Source of the DNA: Nemertoderma westbladi
Taxonomy: Eukaryota; Animalia; Xenacoelomorpha
Length of the DNA: 43,598 nt
Direction of reading: 5' to 3'
Assembly: GCA_032718475.1 (NCBI GenBank)
Contig: JAUCBJ010006997.1
Coordinates: 1-43,598, forward strand
The translations under genes were made by a program, and so were the position numbers. The notes beneath the pieces were generated by a model, which saw nothing but the letters and a program-made list of their open reading frames with translations, was not told the DNA's origin and did no database searches. Positions 1 to 12,300 of the stretch are shown here, piece after piece; the first letter of the stretch is position 1; each line of letters starts with the position of its first letter.

Positions 1-155
1 CAATACAATATAAACTGTTACTGTTCGACAGAACAGTATTAAACTGTACTTAATGCTTACACTGCAATACAATATAAACTGTTACTGTTCGACAGAACAG
101 TATTAAACTGTATTTAATGCTTACACTGCAATACAATATAAACTGTTACTGTTCG
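1..155. repeat. 64-bp tandem repeat, ~2.4 copies, truncated by window start
   Basis: CAATACAATATAAACTGTTACTGTTCG recurs at 1, 65 and 129 (period 64). Confidence 0.9.
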
Positions 156-722
156 CGCTTTCGAAGACCTTTAGCAGTTTAACCTGCCAAAATTTATATG
201 TCTTTTCGTTAATTAAAACCACTTTAGCATACGACAATAATTTATGCTAATACGCAAAACATTAGCCGAAATCAGCCCATGCGCGATCATTCACCCGATG
301 GATCTACACCCGGGAGACTGAATTCGGATGCTTGAATTGTATTATTACAGTGTAAGGTTGCAGTGTAAACTTACTGTATTATTCGATAGATCGTTAATAA
401 TTAATCTCTGACAGGTATTATTGGCTTTCGGGAAATATTAACAGTTCCTTTAGGACGTGGCGCTTTATCTATTTAAACAGAACTAGGACTTATACTAAAC
501 GCAACGATACTGCTTGGGATTGAAGTATAAAGCGTATTCTTTAGGAAATACTTTGTTACCAATCACAATCATACACACTATTCTGCCGACAGTCAGTACA
601 TTTGATCACACATAAAGAGAGCAGTAATTGACTCACGTAGGGTCTGCTAAATAACATTGGATTCAATACACACCACATTAATATAAATCGCAATTGTTAT
701 ATATAGCCGGTCTCTCTAACCT
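149..722 (+). repeat. Dispersed repeat, copy 1 (possibly a solo-LTR family)
   Basis: Colinear with 43030-43598 (CTGTTCGCGCTTTC..., AATATTAACAGTTCCTTTAGGACGTGGCGCTTTATCTAT, GACTCA.GTAGGGTCT), with many substitutions; similarity starts abruptly near TGTTCGCG. Confidence 0.85.
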
Positions 723-3016
723 GTAGTGTTATCAAGAAAATTGGGAATTGGGTGATTTATCCGTATTATCCAAATAGCAATATTTCCATCAACAAATATT
801 TACAATTAATAACTGACGGTAAAATAACAGTACAAACAATATGATTAATGCAATTAAAAGTATCAAGGTGAGATGAGTGATTTAAGTCAGTGAGTTTAGT
901 TAGGTAACAGTTTATACTTTCGATAATTCAAGCAGTTTACGGTACAGCAGTATCTATCCAAAAATGCCGGTGTTTCTGGCTTAGACAGCAATAACAACAA
1001 AGTATCAAGAAAAAACAGTAAGACTGAACACTCTCCTTATGATCGACTAAAAAGCTACACGTCGACAGGAAAAACCGCCCTGATTGGCCCAAGCCAAACA
1101 AAGAACCACGCGGCCAATGGCTGTTTCCATGTCAGCAACCAGCTGCTAGATGTCGTAATATGAATCATCACAGCTAAACTGTGAAAGGTGGTTGATGCAT
1201 TACAAGTTTTTTGTCTTACCATGTCCGCTAAAACACGTATATAGCAGAATGATTTTTATGTCCGTTAAAACACCTGTAAAGGTACCTTGAGGGCGAGGGG
1301 AATATATATACAGTTAGAAAACCTTTTTTAGAGTATTCCAGCGCCTGGGGGGAACTGGCCAGCATAGGCAAACGTATCAGTTATCCCACAAAAGCTTTTA
1401 CAATATTATTATACTTAACTACTGTAATTATTTTATATGGATGTACAGTTAGTGTGTAAGTGTTGTTCTGTACACATTTGTGGTGTGGATAATTATTAAT
1501 GTTTCCTCAACCTTGCAATATCATTACATGTACATTAGTATTTATGGTTATTTTAAATTGTTAATTAAATTGTAATTATCCTAACTATTTATCATACAGT
1601 ATATATCCGCGATCTATCCGTATTACTATTACTATTACTAATTCTATTACACTGCTTGATTGAAGTATGTGAAAGTTAACAATGGTCAAGGCCATTTATT
1701 TGGTACGGCTGTATTAATATATATATATATTATTATCATTTAAAAAAAAATATCGGTGTAACTGGATATTTTGCAGTAGCTGATATACTACTGTAGCACC
1801 CAATTCATAGGGAAGTAGAGCATGAATTGGAAATCTGCTTTCCACCCACCAACCTACTGTAATTAATTACAAATACAACGGCGTTTTTAAATTCCCGCTT
1901 ACATAATTTTTTATACTGTATGTATAAAAAAATTGAAATCCAAGAATTGATGATTTCGGCCGAAAATTTTAGATACGTTACAATTTACTTTCGATAAGAA
2001 AACTATATCACTTTGGGGCTGAACCATATGAAACTGTAGCATAAGGGCGGAACTAGGGGAGTGGCGGGTGGAGCTCAACTCTGTGTTTACTATCTCTGCG
2101 TGAGCCATGTCTGTGTTAAGTGTCAAGGAGAGTCAATGTGAATTTAAATGCATCGAAAATGATTATCCGTTGTTATCCGCCCATTGTTAGCTTTAGTTTC
2201 CTGTACAAGGAAAATAAAATGACATATTCAACTGAATTGAACGGTAATGGGAATATTCAATTTCGTGTGTTAGTCGGAACTGCCTGCCATAAGGTTAATT
2301 GTTTTCCTTAGGGGTGTCATGTTATAAGCTAATAGAAGGAAATGTTAACTCAGAAGAATTGAGTACTTAGTCATATAGTAAGTAATCAGTTGGGCCTTCA
2401 TTTAAGGTTATCTTAAACCGAAGGAGGAATATAACAAAATAGGGTGAAAAGATGTTTCATTATGATTGATGTTATACTCTACCTAATAAACCGCAGGTGT
2501 TAACAACTTTTACTGGGCGTTGATATTGCCTTGTCTTGATCTGATTGGTCAAATCCTATGAGTAGTATTCGGAAATCTTTAAACGAAAATTGTATTGGCT
2601 AAAATATTTAACTAAGTAATTACCGGGCCAACACAATCAGTGTTTGAAAAACATTATAAAACTCTGAGGAAAATAACTAAACTATTTAAAAGGTATCTTT
2701 AGTTGCATTAAACCTGTTATTTATTTGTATAACGGTCGAGGAATACTCGATTTGGAAGCTATTTTAAGAGTTATTTACAACAAGGTGAGTTTGAATGAGG
2801 CGTTCCTGAAGCAGATCCAATGGGACGTAGGTGCGGTAATAGTGTCATTAGGATTGACTAGGATACAATTTAATCTGAACGTTAGGGTTATTTAAATAAT
2901 AAATTTAACGCCGGGACGAAATTTAATTCACGGCATTTCAAGCTTTACGGGCGATTTTAGCTGTCGCGTTTTTTTGTGGGGTATTCTTACCGGTACTTGG
3001 ACAATGAGGCAGAATA

Positions 3017-3944
3017 GGGTTGGTACGCGAAAATTGTGGGGCTAGAAACAATTGAATAAGGGGTAACAAGGTGCCCTGAATTGAGTGGCGGGGTGTGTTT
3101 TTTGTAAAAAACACGAGGAAACGGTCGTAATAACGGGTTTAAGTATGCGCGGATAGCCAAAATCTATCCATTCAAATGCACATTAAATCGCAATCATTTC
3201 AAACATAGTTTTTATGAATTGAAAGCAAAGTCTTGCGCGTCTTTTAACACTACAATTAATTAAATTAATGATGAGGAACATTGATAAAATGCTGTTTCCG
3301 GCAGTATTTCCAGCAGCAATGCTGCATTCCAAGCTGTATTGAGTACGGTAAGGCCTACAGATTAGATTTATAATACCACTAAACTTATAAATAATACCGT
3401 TCAGCCGGTACTTTCGTATTATAATAATTGGTGTTACTTGAATATTAAAATGTGTACCGGTCACCGGTAAACCTAACTTAATGAAGTAAATCTGGAATAA
3501 TCAGATACTGTAATAGGCTGATAGGGCTTGCATACCCGTCAGGCTATCTGACGAGTTTGCAATTGTGAACAGCATTTTATCAATCTTCATCATTAATTTA
3601 ATTAATTGTAGTGTCAAAAGACGCGCAAGACTCTCCCCCACTTTCAATTGATAGAAGCCATGTGTGAGATGATTGAGATTTAATTTGCATTTGAATGGAT
3701 CTAAAATCACTACCCATAGAAAACAAAATAAGAAATTAATCATAGGACTTAGTAGTGTCGTCAAATCTGTAACAGCCAATCACAGCCGATTTTCAAAATT
3801 GGCTTCCCGCGATTACTTAAACTTGCCATTTCGACAGTTGCCTCGTGTTTTTACAAAAAAACACACCCCGCCACTCGATTCAGGGCACCTTGTTACCCCT
3901 TATTCAATTGTTTATAACCCGACATTTTTTTCACGCACCAACCC
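3017..3944. mobile_element. Non-autonomous TIR DNA transposon with ~150-bp imperfect TIRs
   Basis: 3017-3165 (GGGTTGGTACGCG...AACAATTGAATAAGGGGTAACAAGGTGCCCTGAAT.GAGTGGCGGGGTGTG) is the reverse complement of ~3795-3944; both ends are flanked by TA; no transposase ORF. Confidence 0.85.
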
Positions 3945-4890
3945 TATCAATGAATGGGAATATGGATGCTGTAATTGCCCAATTGCCGTAGATGAATGCA
4001 GAACATCTGTTGAAGGCCAGGCATGCAAGGGTCCGAGCACACAGTGAGACACTAGCCCCATTTCTCGTCCTTATCTTGGTGGACTATATTTCGGTCATCC
4101 CTAGACATCCAGACCAGAATTTGGATGGGGTTGAGAAACTCCTTTCGTAGTGAACATTCAATCTGAGCAGCAGTAACTCCTTGAGAATAACATTTCTTCT
4201 GTGAATGGATCTGTACGTAATGTTGACGATTTCGGTATTGACATGGTAAATTAATTTAATAATATTTGAATATCATTATTACATTCACATTGGCATAAGA
4301 TAAGTTTTAATATTTTTGAGAAATTGGCTCGCCTACAATCTTATTTATAATACACAAACACTCATCAATCTCAGGTACTGGTATCGTAGTGCGCTTGAGA
4401 TAGAATCGCTCAATTTTAATAGATAAGAGAAGAGAAGATGTGAAAAATAGACCCTGGTAACTGAGCCTAGTGATGCGCGAAGGCGCGCGAACGTCATTGC
4501 AGTGAGTGACATGGAATAAGTTGGAAAAATGGCTACAAAAAGTTTTTGCCGATATGGGAAAGGAGCAGGTTACAACAATATTTCTAACCAAAACCTTTCT
4601 ATTTGTTAACATTTTCCTATTTGAGGCCTTTTTCTTTTTTCTATTGTGACACTTGCTCCCCATTACTGGACATTTGCATGTGGAATGCAATGTGAGAAAA
4701 ACATAACAACTCCAGGATCTGCTTGTACCAATTACTTGTTTTAATTGTATTCCCGAGTAACGTAGGGCCGTATTCTTATTGGTAACATCAGTTCGTTAGT
4801 TGATTTGTAATCTTATTATTAGATTGTAGGCGGCAGGCCAACAGAGTTACATTGCAAACAGCTACTCCTATCGCCGAGGAAAGAGACATA

Positions 4891-5079
4891 ATGGAATTCC
4901 GAGTTCTTGTTGCTCTGGTAATATTGGTTGTCACTGCTATCGATATCGCAAAGGGGGCCAATGGGTTTACAGGGGCCAGTAATTGGTTTCCTGGCGGCAA
5001 GCGGAATAATATGGCCAACCTACGTCAGACAGGGCTTGCGACATCAATGAAAGCGATGGCAAACGCACGAGCTCCAAAG
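4891..5079 (+). CDS. GnRH/corazonin-superfamily neuropeptide precursor, coding exon 1 (signal peptide + ANGFTGASNWFPG-G-KR)
   Basis: MEFRVLVALVILVVTAIDIAKG is a hydrophobic signal peptide, directly followed by ANGFTGASNWFPG, an amide-donor G and a KR convertase site. The F..W.PG-amide pattern is typical of GnRH/corazonin/AKH peptides. The exon ends at a phase-0 donor AAG|GTAAGA (5079/5080). Confidence 0.88.
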
Positions 5080-5107
5080 GTAAGATTAATAACCAAACAG
5101 TTACTTG

Positions 5108-7034
5108 TATGGTGGTGATTTTGGGCCAGTTTGTTATTTTTACAAAGGTTCATGAGTTTTCGCTTTCCAGTTTTCTACAAATATGAAAAGCAAAAAGTTT
5201 ATTGATGGTTTTTGCTTTCCACTTTTCAGAAATATGAAAAGCAAAAAGTTTATTGATGGTTTTTGCTTTCCACTTTTCAGAAATATTAAAAGCAAAAAGT
5301 TTATTATTAGTTTTCTCTTTCTCCTTTTTAGAAACGTGTAAAGCAAAAAGTTTACTTACTATAGTTATTAGTTTTTGCTTTCTCGTTTTCAGAAATGTGT
5401 TGGCCTAAACGAAAATCTAGTTTAGTTTTACAGTAGGCCTACCTATACTGAGCCGGATCCTGGTTTCTGAAAGTACAATAGCTTTTGTTTAGGTCTATAT
5501 CTAAAAGACGGGATGGACCGATAGAGCTAATAGTAGTATTCAACGCCGTCAACTGTTTTCAAGTCTTAGACGAGAACTTGATATGCAGATATAAACAGGA
5601 GATTAGAACCGTTAATGGATACAAATGAAAATAATGACGGTAACACACCCTCACCCTCACATGTTGAAATAACCAATTTAATCGAGGCTGAGCTGATCCC
5701 TAGATTTAGTTAATGGAATTAGTCGACTTATGAGAGTACGTCGTGCCAGGGCACACAAGCAATGCTACATTAATTTTACTTTCAAGATTCAGCTGTCAGA
5801 ACAGAAGATCACAAAATTGGTCCCATCGCCAACGGGGAAAGGTCCAGGTGTCTTAACACGTGTTTAGAAAGAATCTCTGGCGAAGTTGTGGTGGTGCTAT
5901 TCAGAGATGGGCCTTCCCTTCACGTAATGAAAGTCTGCGCTTTGAGGCTATTAAATATCCCTATCACTTTGACGATTGTTCTTACAAAATTTTAACAAGG
6001 GTGGGCGATATAATGAATGCACCTAAATGTTATTGGTGTGCCTTCATGTAGAATTCGACCAATTTTATTAGCAAAGTTCAAGGTTACCCCGAGTAACAAT
6101 TATAACATATCTGATGATGTTATCGATATTGTATTGATCAGGGGTTTAATCACAAAAAAGAGTTGGACCCACCTGATAGCTGCAATAAGTCCAGTGACAA
6201 TAACGACTGCGGCAGTGACTCTGCAGATAACCCGCCAGATCGACGTGATTAGCTGAATACTGAATAATTCGATTGTAGTTGACAATCTCGATACCAGTAT
6301 CAGTACCTAACATGATTAAAGGTCATCAAAGATACTACTGCATTAACATTTCAACTCAAAGATACATTTCATCAATACTTAGCAGCTGCTTTATCATCTT
6401 GAAAGAGCAATCCAGTTGGGCTATATACGTCAATTGGAGATCCGCAATCGAAATTCGCATTACAGAGATTGTGTATGAACTATTCGAAACCGAATTATTT
6501 TTATCACCATTAAACTAATCAAATTTGGCGTCATCGTTTCTGTCTGTATGCCTGTCAGTACTTAATAGACATGCTGTCGGACAATCAGATTTGGCCGTTA
6601 CGTCAATGATTGCGCACAAAGTATATTTATTTCAAGTGAGGTTCCCCCATAACAACAGCAGCCGGCGTTCTTGCATAAATCATATACCCTACTACTCTAC
6701 ATCAATATCAAAAGTTCAATGCAATAAATATTGCTACTGTAGGCCTACTCATCAACACAACTATTATTTTAAAATACAATTTGAAGCAAAGATACTATGC
6801 GATTGCTCTACTACAATGAATAACTGCTGTAACGTTCGGTAACCAGTGTCCATCTGACCTACATACTGTCCTACAGAAATAGGAATAGGTCTATACTGTA
6901 GCTTATTATTACAATTTTAGACATTTCTGAAAAGGAGAAAGCAAAAACAAATAATAAACTTTTTGCTTTTCATTTGCGGAAAACTGGAAAGCAAAACGTC
7001 AAGAAAGAACGAAGTGACCCAAATCACCAATGTA
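5108..7034. mobile_element. IS3EU-like DNA transposon (decayed) in intron 1 of the neuropeptide gene
   Basis: Exact 6-bp TSD TACTTG (5102-5107 and 7035-7040); TAT...GTA termini. The left arm (5108-5395, ~59-bp tandem subrepeats) is an inverted match to 6920-7034. The interior has stop-interrupted coding-like sequence. Confidence 0.75.
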
Positions 7035-7232
7035 TACTTGGTACTTCATTGGACAATGGGGCAAGCCACTTGTGGTTGTGGTTGTGACGTAACATTTACA
7101 CCCGTAGGCCTATTGTGTTGAAGGTAAAATGTGGTTTCTCAAACTACTCTATGTGCATTAATTGTATGGCCTGAACTGAAGCTGGGTGGTGCAATGAAGT
7201 TTCTTGCAATTTATATTTTATTTTTATTTAAT

Positions 7233-7481
7233 GAACAAGCAAAGCAAACAGTCGGCCGAAGCCGGAGGCGACCCGAAGGCTCCTCTTTCGATAGCTGCTA
7301 CCCGAGGGTAGGGGGGGGGGGGGGGGGGGCGCTACTCCTATCCCAAGATTTGCTCCCAGTTATTTAACTGGTACTCATTTTATCGACCCCAGTGGATGAA
7401 AGGCTGAGTGGACCCTGGCGGGGCTGAACCTACAACCAATAGATAGCAGGCCCGGCGCTCAACCAACTGAGCTACCCCGCC
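7233..7481 (-). mobile_element. tRNA-derived SINE
   Basis: Minus strand reads GGCGGGGTAGCTCAGTTGGTTGAGCGC (A box) ... GGTTCAGCCCC (B-box-like), then CTCAGCCTTTCATCC...GGGGTCGATAAAATGAGTACC (resembles the Meta/MESC SINE central domain, from memory) and a TTTGC-repeat tail. Confidence 0.85.
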
Positions 7482-7518
7482 TTTGATGGCATTTAATGAA
7501 CAGTTTACTACAATTATA

Positions 7519-7948
7519 CAGGCCCGTAGCCAGGATTTTAAAAGGGCGGTTCGTTTTTTCAAAAAAAAGGGCACTTTTTTAATTTGTTTAAATAATGACA
7601 AATATCCATTGGTTTAGCCAGACATATTAAGGTGTAGGAATAGGGCAGAGGGGGAGGGGTGGGGTGGGGGGGGGGGGGGGGGGGGGGGGTGGATGATCTG
7701 AAGCCCGATACGAAATGTGTGGGGTACTTTTTAAAGCACATTGACGCTGGGATATTGTGGACCCTAACTGTTCTAGCTGCTAATGTAACTTTAATATTTG
7801 TTTTGCCGGAAAGGGCACTTTTACGAATAGGTGAATATAATTAAAACGAGAACATTTCTCAAAAAGGTGAGTATAAAAAGGGGACATTTCCCAAAAGGGC
7901 GGTTCGTTCGAACCAACGAACCCCCCCCCCCTCCTGGCTACGGGCCTG
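7519..7948. mobile_element. hAT-like MITE with 5-bp TSD
   Basis: 17-bp TIR CAGGCCCGTAGCCAGGA / TCCTGGCTACGGGCCTG; TTATA on both sides (7514-7518, 7949-7953). Confidence 0.85.
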
Positions 7949-8090
7949 TTATACATAATGTACATTGTACATTGTACAATGTGTTAGCAGCTTTGGTTTA
8001 AGTATTTAAATGTGTCGCTTTAAAGTTTTTGCTTTACTAACCTTGCTTAATTAGAAGACCGTTAGGACTTCTTACTGTAAAAGTATTCAC

Positions 8091-8117
8091 TATGTATGTA
8101 TGTATGTATGTATGTAT

Positions 8118-8149
<32 letters not shown>

Positions 8150-8210
8150 TGTATGTATGTATGTATGTATCTATGTATGTATGTATGTATGTATGTATGT
8201 ATGTATGTAT

Positions 8211-8242
<32 letters not shown>

Positions 8243-8347
8243 TGTATGTATGTATGTATGTATGTATGTATGTATGTATGTATGTATGTATGTATGTATG
8301 TATGTATGTATCTATGTATGTATGTATGTATGTATGTATGTATGTAT
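8091..8347. repeat. (TATG)n microsatellite
   Basis: Direct reading; explains the MYVC/HTYI pseudo-ORFs. Confidence 0.98.
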
Positions 8348-8425
8348 CTATATATATCGGATGAACTCCTCAAAATAGTTTCGAAAAAAATTATTAAAGT
8401 GTCTTTTTTTTATTTCGAAAATTAG

Positions 8426-8494
8426 CCACAAAACACGAGTATTGCCATCAACTCAACGACAGAAACACCAGCTGCTGGTGCTCATGAGGACTTA
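8426..8494 (+). CDS. Neuropeptide precursor, probable coding exon 2 (PQNTSIAINSTTETPAAGAHEDL)
   Basis: T-rich acceptor ...TTTTTTTATTTCGAAAATTAG|CCA and donor TTA|GTAAGC; 69 nt, phase 0-0, open and compatible with exon 1; lies outside the TEs. Confidence 0.65.
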
Positions 8495-8560
8495 GTAAGC
8501 TACTATTTGATTGAATGGATAGGCCCAAACAATTATGCCTGAACAAATCTAGCTTTCGCA

Positions 8561-8760
8561 GGGTCAGAGTAAAACGCGGATCCGGATTCTACGGAAGTCG
8601 ATTTTTTTTACATTTTTATAACTCCCAAAAATAAAACTATAACCTGTTCTATTGACTTTAGTTTATTGTTTTGGTTAAAATAACGTGCCACTGTAACCTG
8701 CTCCTTTCCCTAATTGAAAATTTTGGAATTCGGATCCGGATCCGCGTTTTACACCTACCC
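8561..8760. mobile_element. MULE-type MITE (200 bp) with 9-bp TSD
   Basis: TSD GCTTTCGCA at 8552-8560 and 8761-8769; TIR GGGT.....GTAAAACGCGGATCCGGAT. Confidence 0.9.
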
Positions 8761-9374
8761 GCTTTCGCACCACGCCCTTTCCTACTCAATATAATTCCTT
8801 TCTTAACTCTAGCTAACCTAGACTAACCTAAAGCTAACCTTGACTAGTTGACTAAGGTTAGGACTAAGTCGTGCCATCGTGCCGGTCTATACATTGTTTG
8901 CCAAACAGGAAAGACACTCCACAATAGAAATAGTTACATCGCCAATTGCTATTACTGTACCAATAGCGCAGTGGGGGGATTTTAATGAAGGTTCAAACTG
9001 ATATTCCACAAACATGCTGCTTATTTTTAGTTTATATTTGGCTTTAGGGTGGGTTGTAAACGCTCTTAAATGGTTTGAAACAGTCGTAATTTAGGGAAGC
9101 CAAGTCGTACCAGGTTGTAAAGGTCGTAAAATACGTAGCCAGGCTGCGATTATTACTGTATTATATCATACTTACATTTATTGCATCTTACTTTTCTCTC
9201 ATCCGGATTGCGGGTGCGTTGATTATATTACCGCGTATTAAAGGCTTGATATAAATAATAGCATTTTTTTATTTATAATGCAATACACCCCGGGCGGGGT
9301 TAATATACGCACAGTGACCGGGTAACAACAATTTTAATTGGTAAAATGAGATTAATATTACATTAATCGGGCAT

Positions 9375-12300
9375 TGTGTTATCCAGTCGGGAGAGAGTGC
9401 GGCAGAGAGCACGGACCAGGACATGGTAACGGTCCCTACAGGAGTTGTGTTAGCCAGTTGGGAGAGAGTGCGGCAGAGAGCACAGACCAGGGCATGGTAT
9501 TGGTGCCCACAGGAGTTGTGTTAGCCTGTTGGGAGAGAGTGCGGCAGAGAGCACGGACCAGGACATGGTAACGGTCCCTACAGGAGTTGTGTTAGCCAGT
9601 TGGGAGAGAGTGCGGCAGAGAGCACACACCAGGACATGGTAACGGTCCCTACAGGAGTTGTGTTAGCCTGTTGGGAGAGAGTGCGGCAGAGAGCACACAC
9701 CAGGACATGGTAACGGTCCCTACAGGAGTTGTGTTAGCCAGTTCGGAGAGAGTGCGGCAGAGAGCACAGACAAGGACATGGTAATGGTCCCTACAGGAGT
9801 TGTGTTAGCCAGTTCGGAGAGAGTGCGGCAGAGAGCACAGACCAGGACATGGTATCTATCCGCACAGGAGTTGTGTTATCCAGTCGGGAGAGAGTGCGGC
9901 AGAGAGCACAGACCAGGACATGGTATCGGTCCGCACAGGAATTGTGTTAGCCAGTTGGGAGAGAGTGCGGCAGAGAGCACAGACCAGGACATGGTATCGG
10001 TCCGCACAGGAGTTGTCTTATCCAGTCGGGAGAGAGTGCGGCAGAGAGCACAGACCAGGACATGGTAACGGTCCCTACAGGAGTTGTGTTAGCCAGTTCG
10101 GAGAGAGTGCGGCAGAGAGCACAGACCAGGACATGGTATCGGTCCGCACAGGAGTTGTGTTAGCCAGTCGGGAGAGAGTGCGGCAGAGAGCACAGACCAG
10201 GACATGGTAGCGGTACGCAGAGGAGTTGTGTTAGCCAGTTGGGAGAGAGTGCGGCAGAGAGCACAGACCAGGACATGGTAGCGGTCCGCACAAGAGTTGT
10301 CTTATCCAGTCGGGAGAGAGTGCGGCAGAGAGCACAGACCAGGACATGGTATCGGTCCGCACAAGAGTTAGTTATGTTAGCCAGTCGGGAGAGAGTGCGG
10401 CAGAGAGCACCGACCAGGACATGGTAGCGGTCCGCACAAGAGTTGTCTTATCCAGTCGGGAGAGAGTGCGGCAGAGAGCACAGACCAGGACATGGTATCG
10501 GTCCGCACAGGAGTTGTGTTAGCCAGTCGGGAGAGAGTGCGACAGAGAGCACAGACCAGGACATGGTATCGGTCCGCACAGGAGTTGTGTTAGCCAGTCG
10601 GGAGAGAGTGCGGCAGAGAGCACAGACCAGGACATGGTAGCGGTCCGCACAAGAGTTGTCTTATCCAGTCGGGAGAGAGTGCGGCAGAGAGCACACACCA
10701 GGACATGGTAGCGGTCCGCACAAGAGTTGTCTTATCCAGTCGGGAGAGAGTGCGGCAGAGAGCACACACCAGGACATGGTAGCGGTCCGCACAAGAGTTG
10801 TCTTATCCAGTCGGGAGAGAGTGCGGCAGAGAGCACAGACCAGGACATGGTATCGGTCCGCACAGGAGTTGTGTTAGCCAGTCGGGAGAGAGTGCGGCAG
10901 AGAGCACAGACCAGGACATGGTAGCGGTACGCAGAGGAGTTGTGTTAGCCAGTTGGGAGAGAGTGCGGCAGAGAGCACAGACCAGGACATGGTATCGGTC
11001 CACACAGGAGTTGTGTTAGCCAGTTGGGAGAGAGTGCGGCAGAGAGCACACACCAGGACATGGTATTGGTCCCCACAGGAGTTGTGTTAGTCAGTTGGGA
11101 GAGAGTGCGGCAGAGAGCACAGACCAGGACATGGTATCGGTCCGCACAGGAGTTGTCTTATCCAGTCGGGAGAGAGTGCGGAAGAGAGCACCGACCAGGA
11201 CATGGTATCGGTCCGCACAGGAGTTGTCTTATCCAGTCGGGAGAGAGTGCGGCAGAGAGCACAGACCAGGACATGGTATCGGTCTGCACAGGAGTTGTGT
11301 TATCCAGTCGGGAGAGAGTGCGGCAGAGAGCACAGACCAGGACATGGAATCGGTCCACACAGGAGTTGTGTTAGCCAGTTGGGAGAGAGTGCGGCAGAGA
11401 GCACACACCAGGACATGGTATTGGTCCCCACAGGAGTTGTGTTAGTCAGTTGGGAGAGAGTGCGGCAGAGAGCACAGACCAGGACATGGTAGCGGTACGC
11501 AGAGGAGTTGTGTTAGCCAGTTGGGAGAGAGTGCGGCAGAGAGCACACACCAGGACATGGTAACGGTTCCTAAAGGAGTTGTGTTAGTCAGTTGGGAGAG
11601 AGTGCGGCAGAGAGCACACACCAGGACATGGTATCTGTCCGCACAGGTGTTGTGTTAGCCAGTTGGGAGAGAGTGCGGCAGAGAGCACACACCTGGACAT
11701 GGTAACGGTCCCTACAGGAGTTGTGTTAGCCAGTTCGGAGAGAGTGCGGCAGAGAGCACAGACCAGGACATGGTAATGGTCCCTACAGGAGTTGTGTTAG
11801 CCAGTTGGAAGAGAGTGCGGCAGAGAGCACACACCAGGAAATGGTATCTGTCCGCACAGGAGTTGTGTTAGCCAGATGGGTGAGAGTGCGGCAGAGAGCA
11901 CACACCAGTACATGGTAACGGTCCCTATAGGAGTTGTGTTAGCCAGTTGGGTGAGAGTGCGGCAGAGAGCACAGACCAGGGCATGGTAATGGTCCCTACA
12001 GGAGTTGTGTTAGCCAGTTGGGAGAGAGTGCGGCAGAGAGCACAGACCAGGGCATGGTAACGGTCCCTACAGGAGTTGTGTTAGCCAGTTGGGAGAGAGT
12101 GCGGCAGAGAGCACAGACCAGGACATGGGATCGGTCCGCACAGGAGTTTTGTTAGCAAGTTGGGAGAGAGTGCGGCAGAGAGCACAGACCAGGGCATGGT
12201 ATCGGTCTGCACAGGAGTTGTGTTAGCCAGTTGGGAGAGAGTGCGGCAGAGAGCACAGACCAGGACATGGTAACGGTCCCTACATGAGTTGTGTTAGCCA

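Noticed and set aside
3548-3575. Other hammerhead-like cores (CTGACGA 3548; CTGATGA 6111, 12855, 23507, 32635; CTGAGGA 16500)
   Set aside because: None has stem II followed by GAAA and a GUH site with a closing stem.
5493-5870. Candidate neuropeptide exons at 5493 (VYI*) and 5787 (IQLSEQK...)
   Set aside because: Both lie inside the TSD-bounded 5108-7034 transposon; the Cys-containing frame near 5786 is not in phase with exon 1.
7405-7481. Functional tRNA genes here and at ~25870-25940, ~29005-29078, ~16430-16510
   Set aside because: A/B boxes are present, but no proper cloverleaf forms and each runs into a SINE body and tail.
8062-8425. MYVC/HTYI repeat ORFs
   Set aside because: Translations of the (TATG)n microsatellite.
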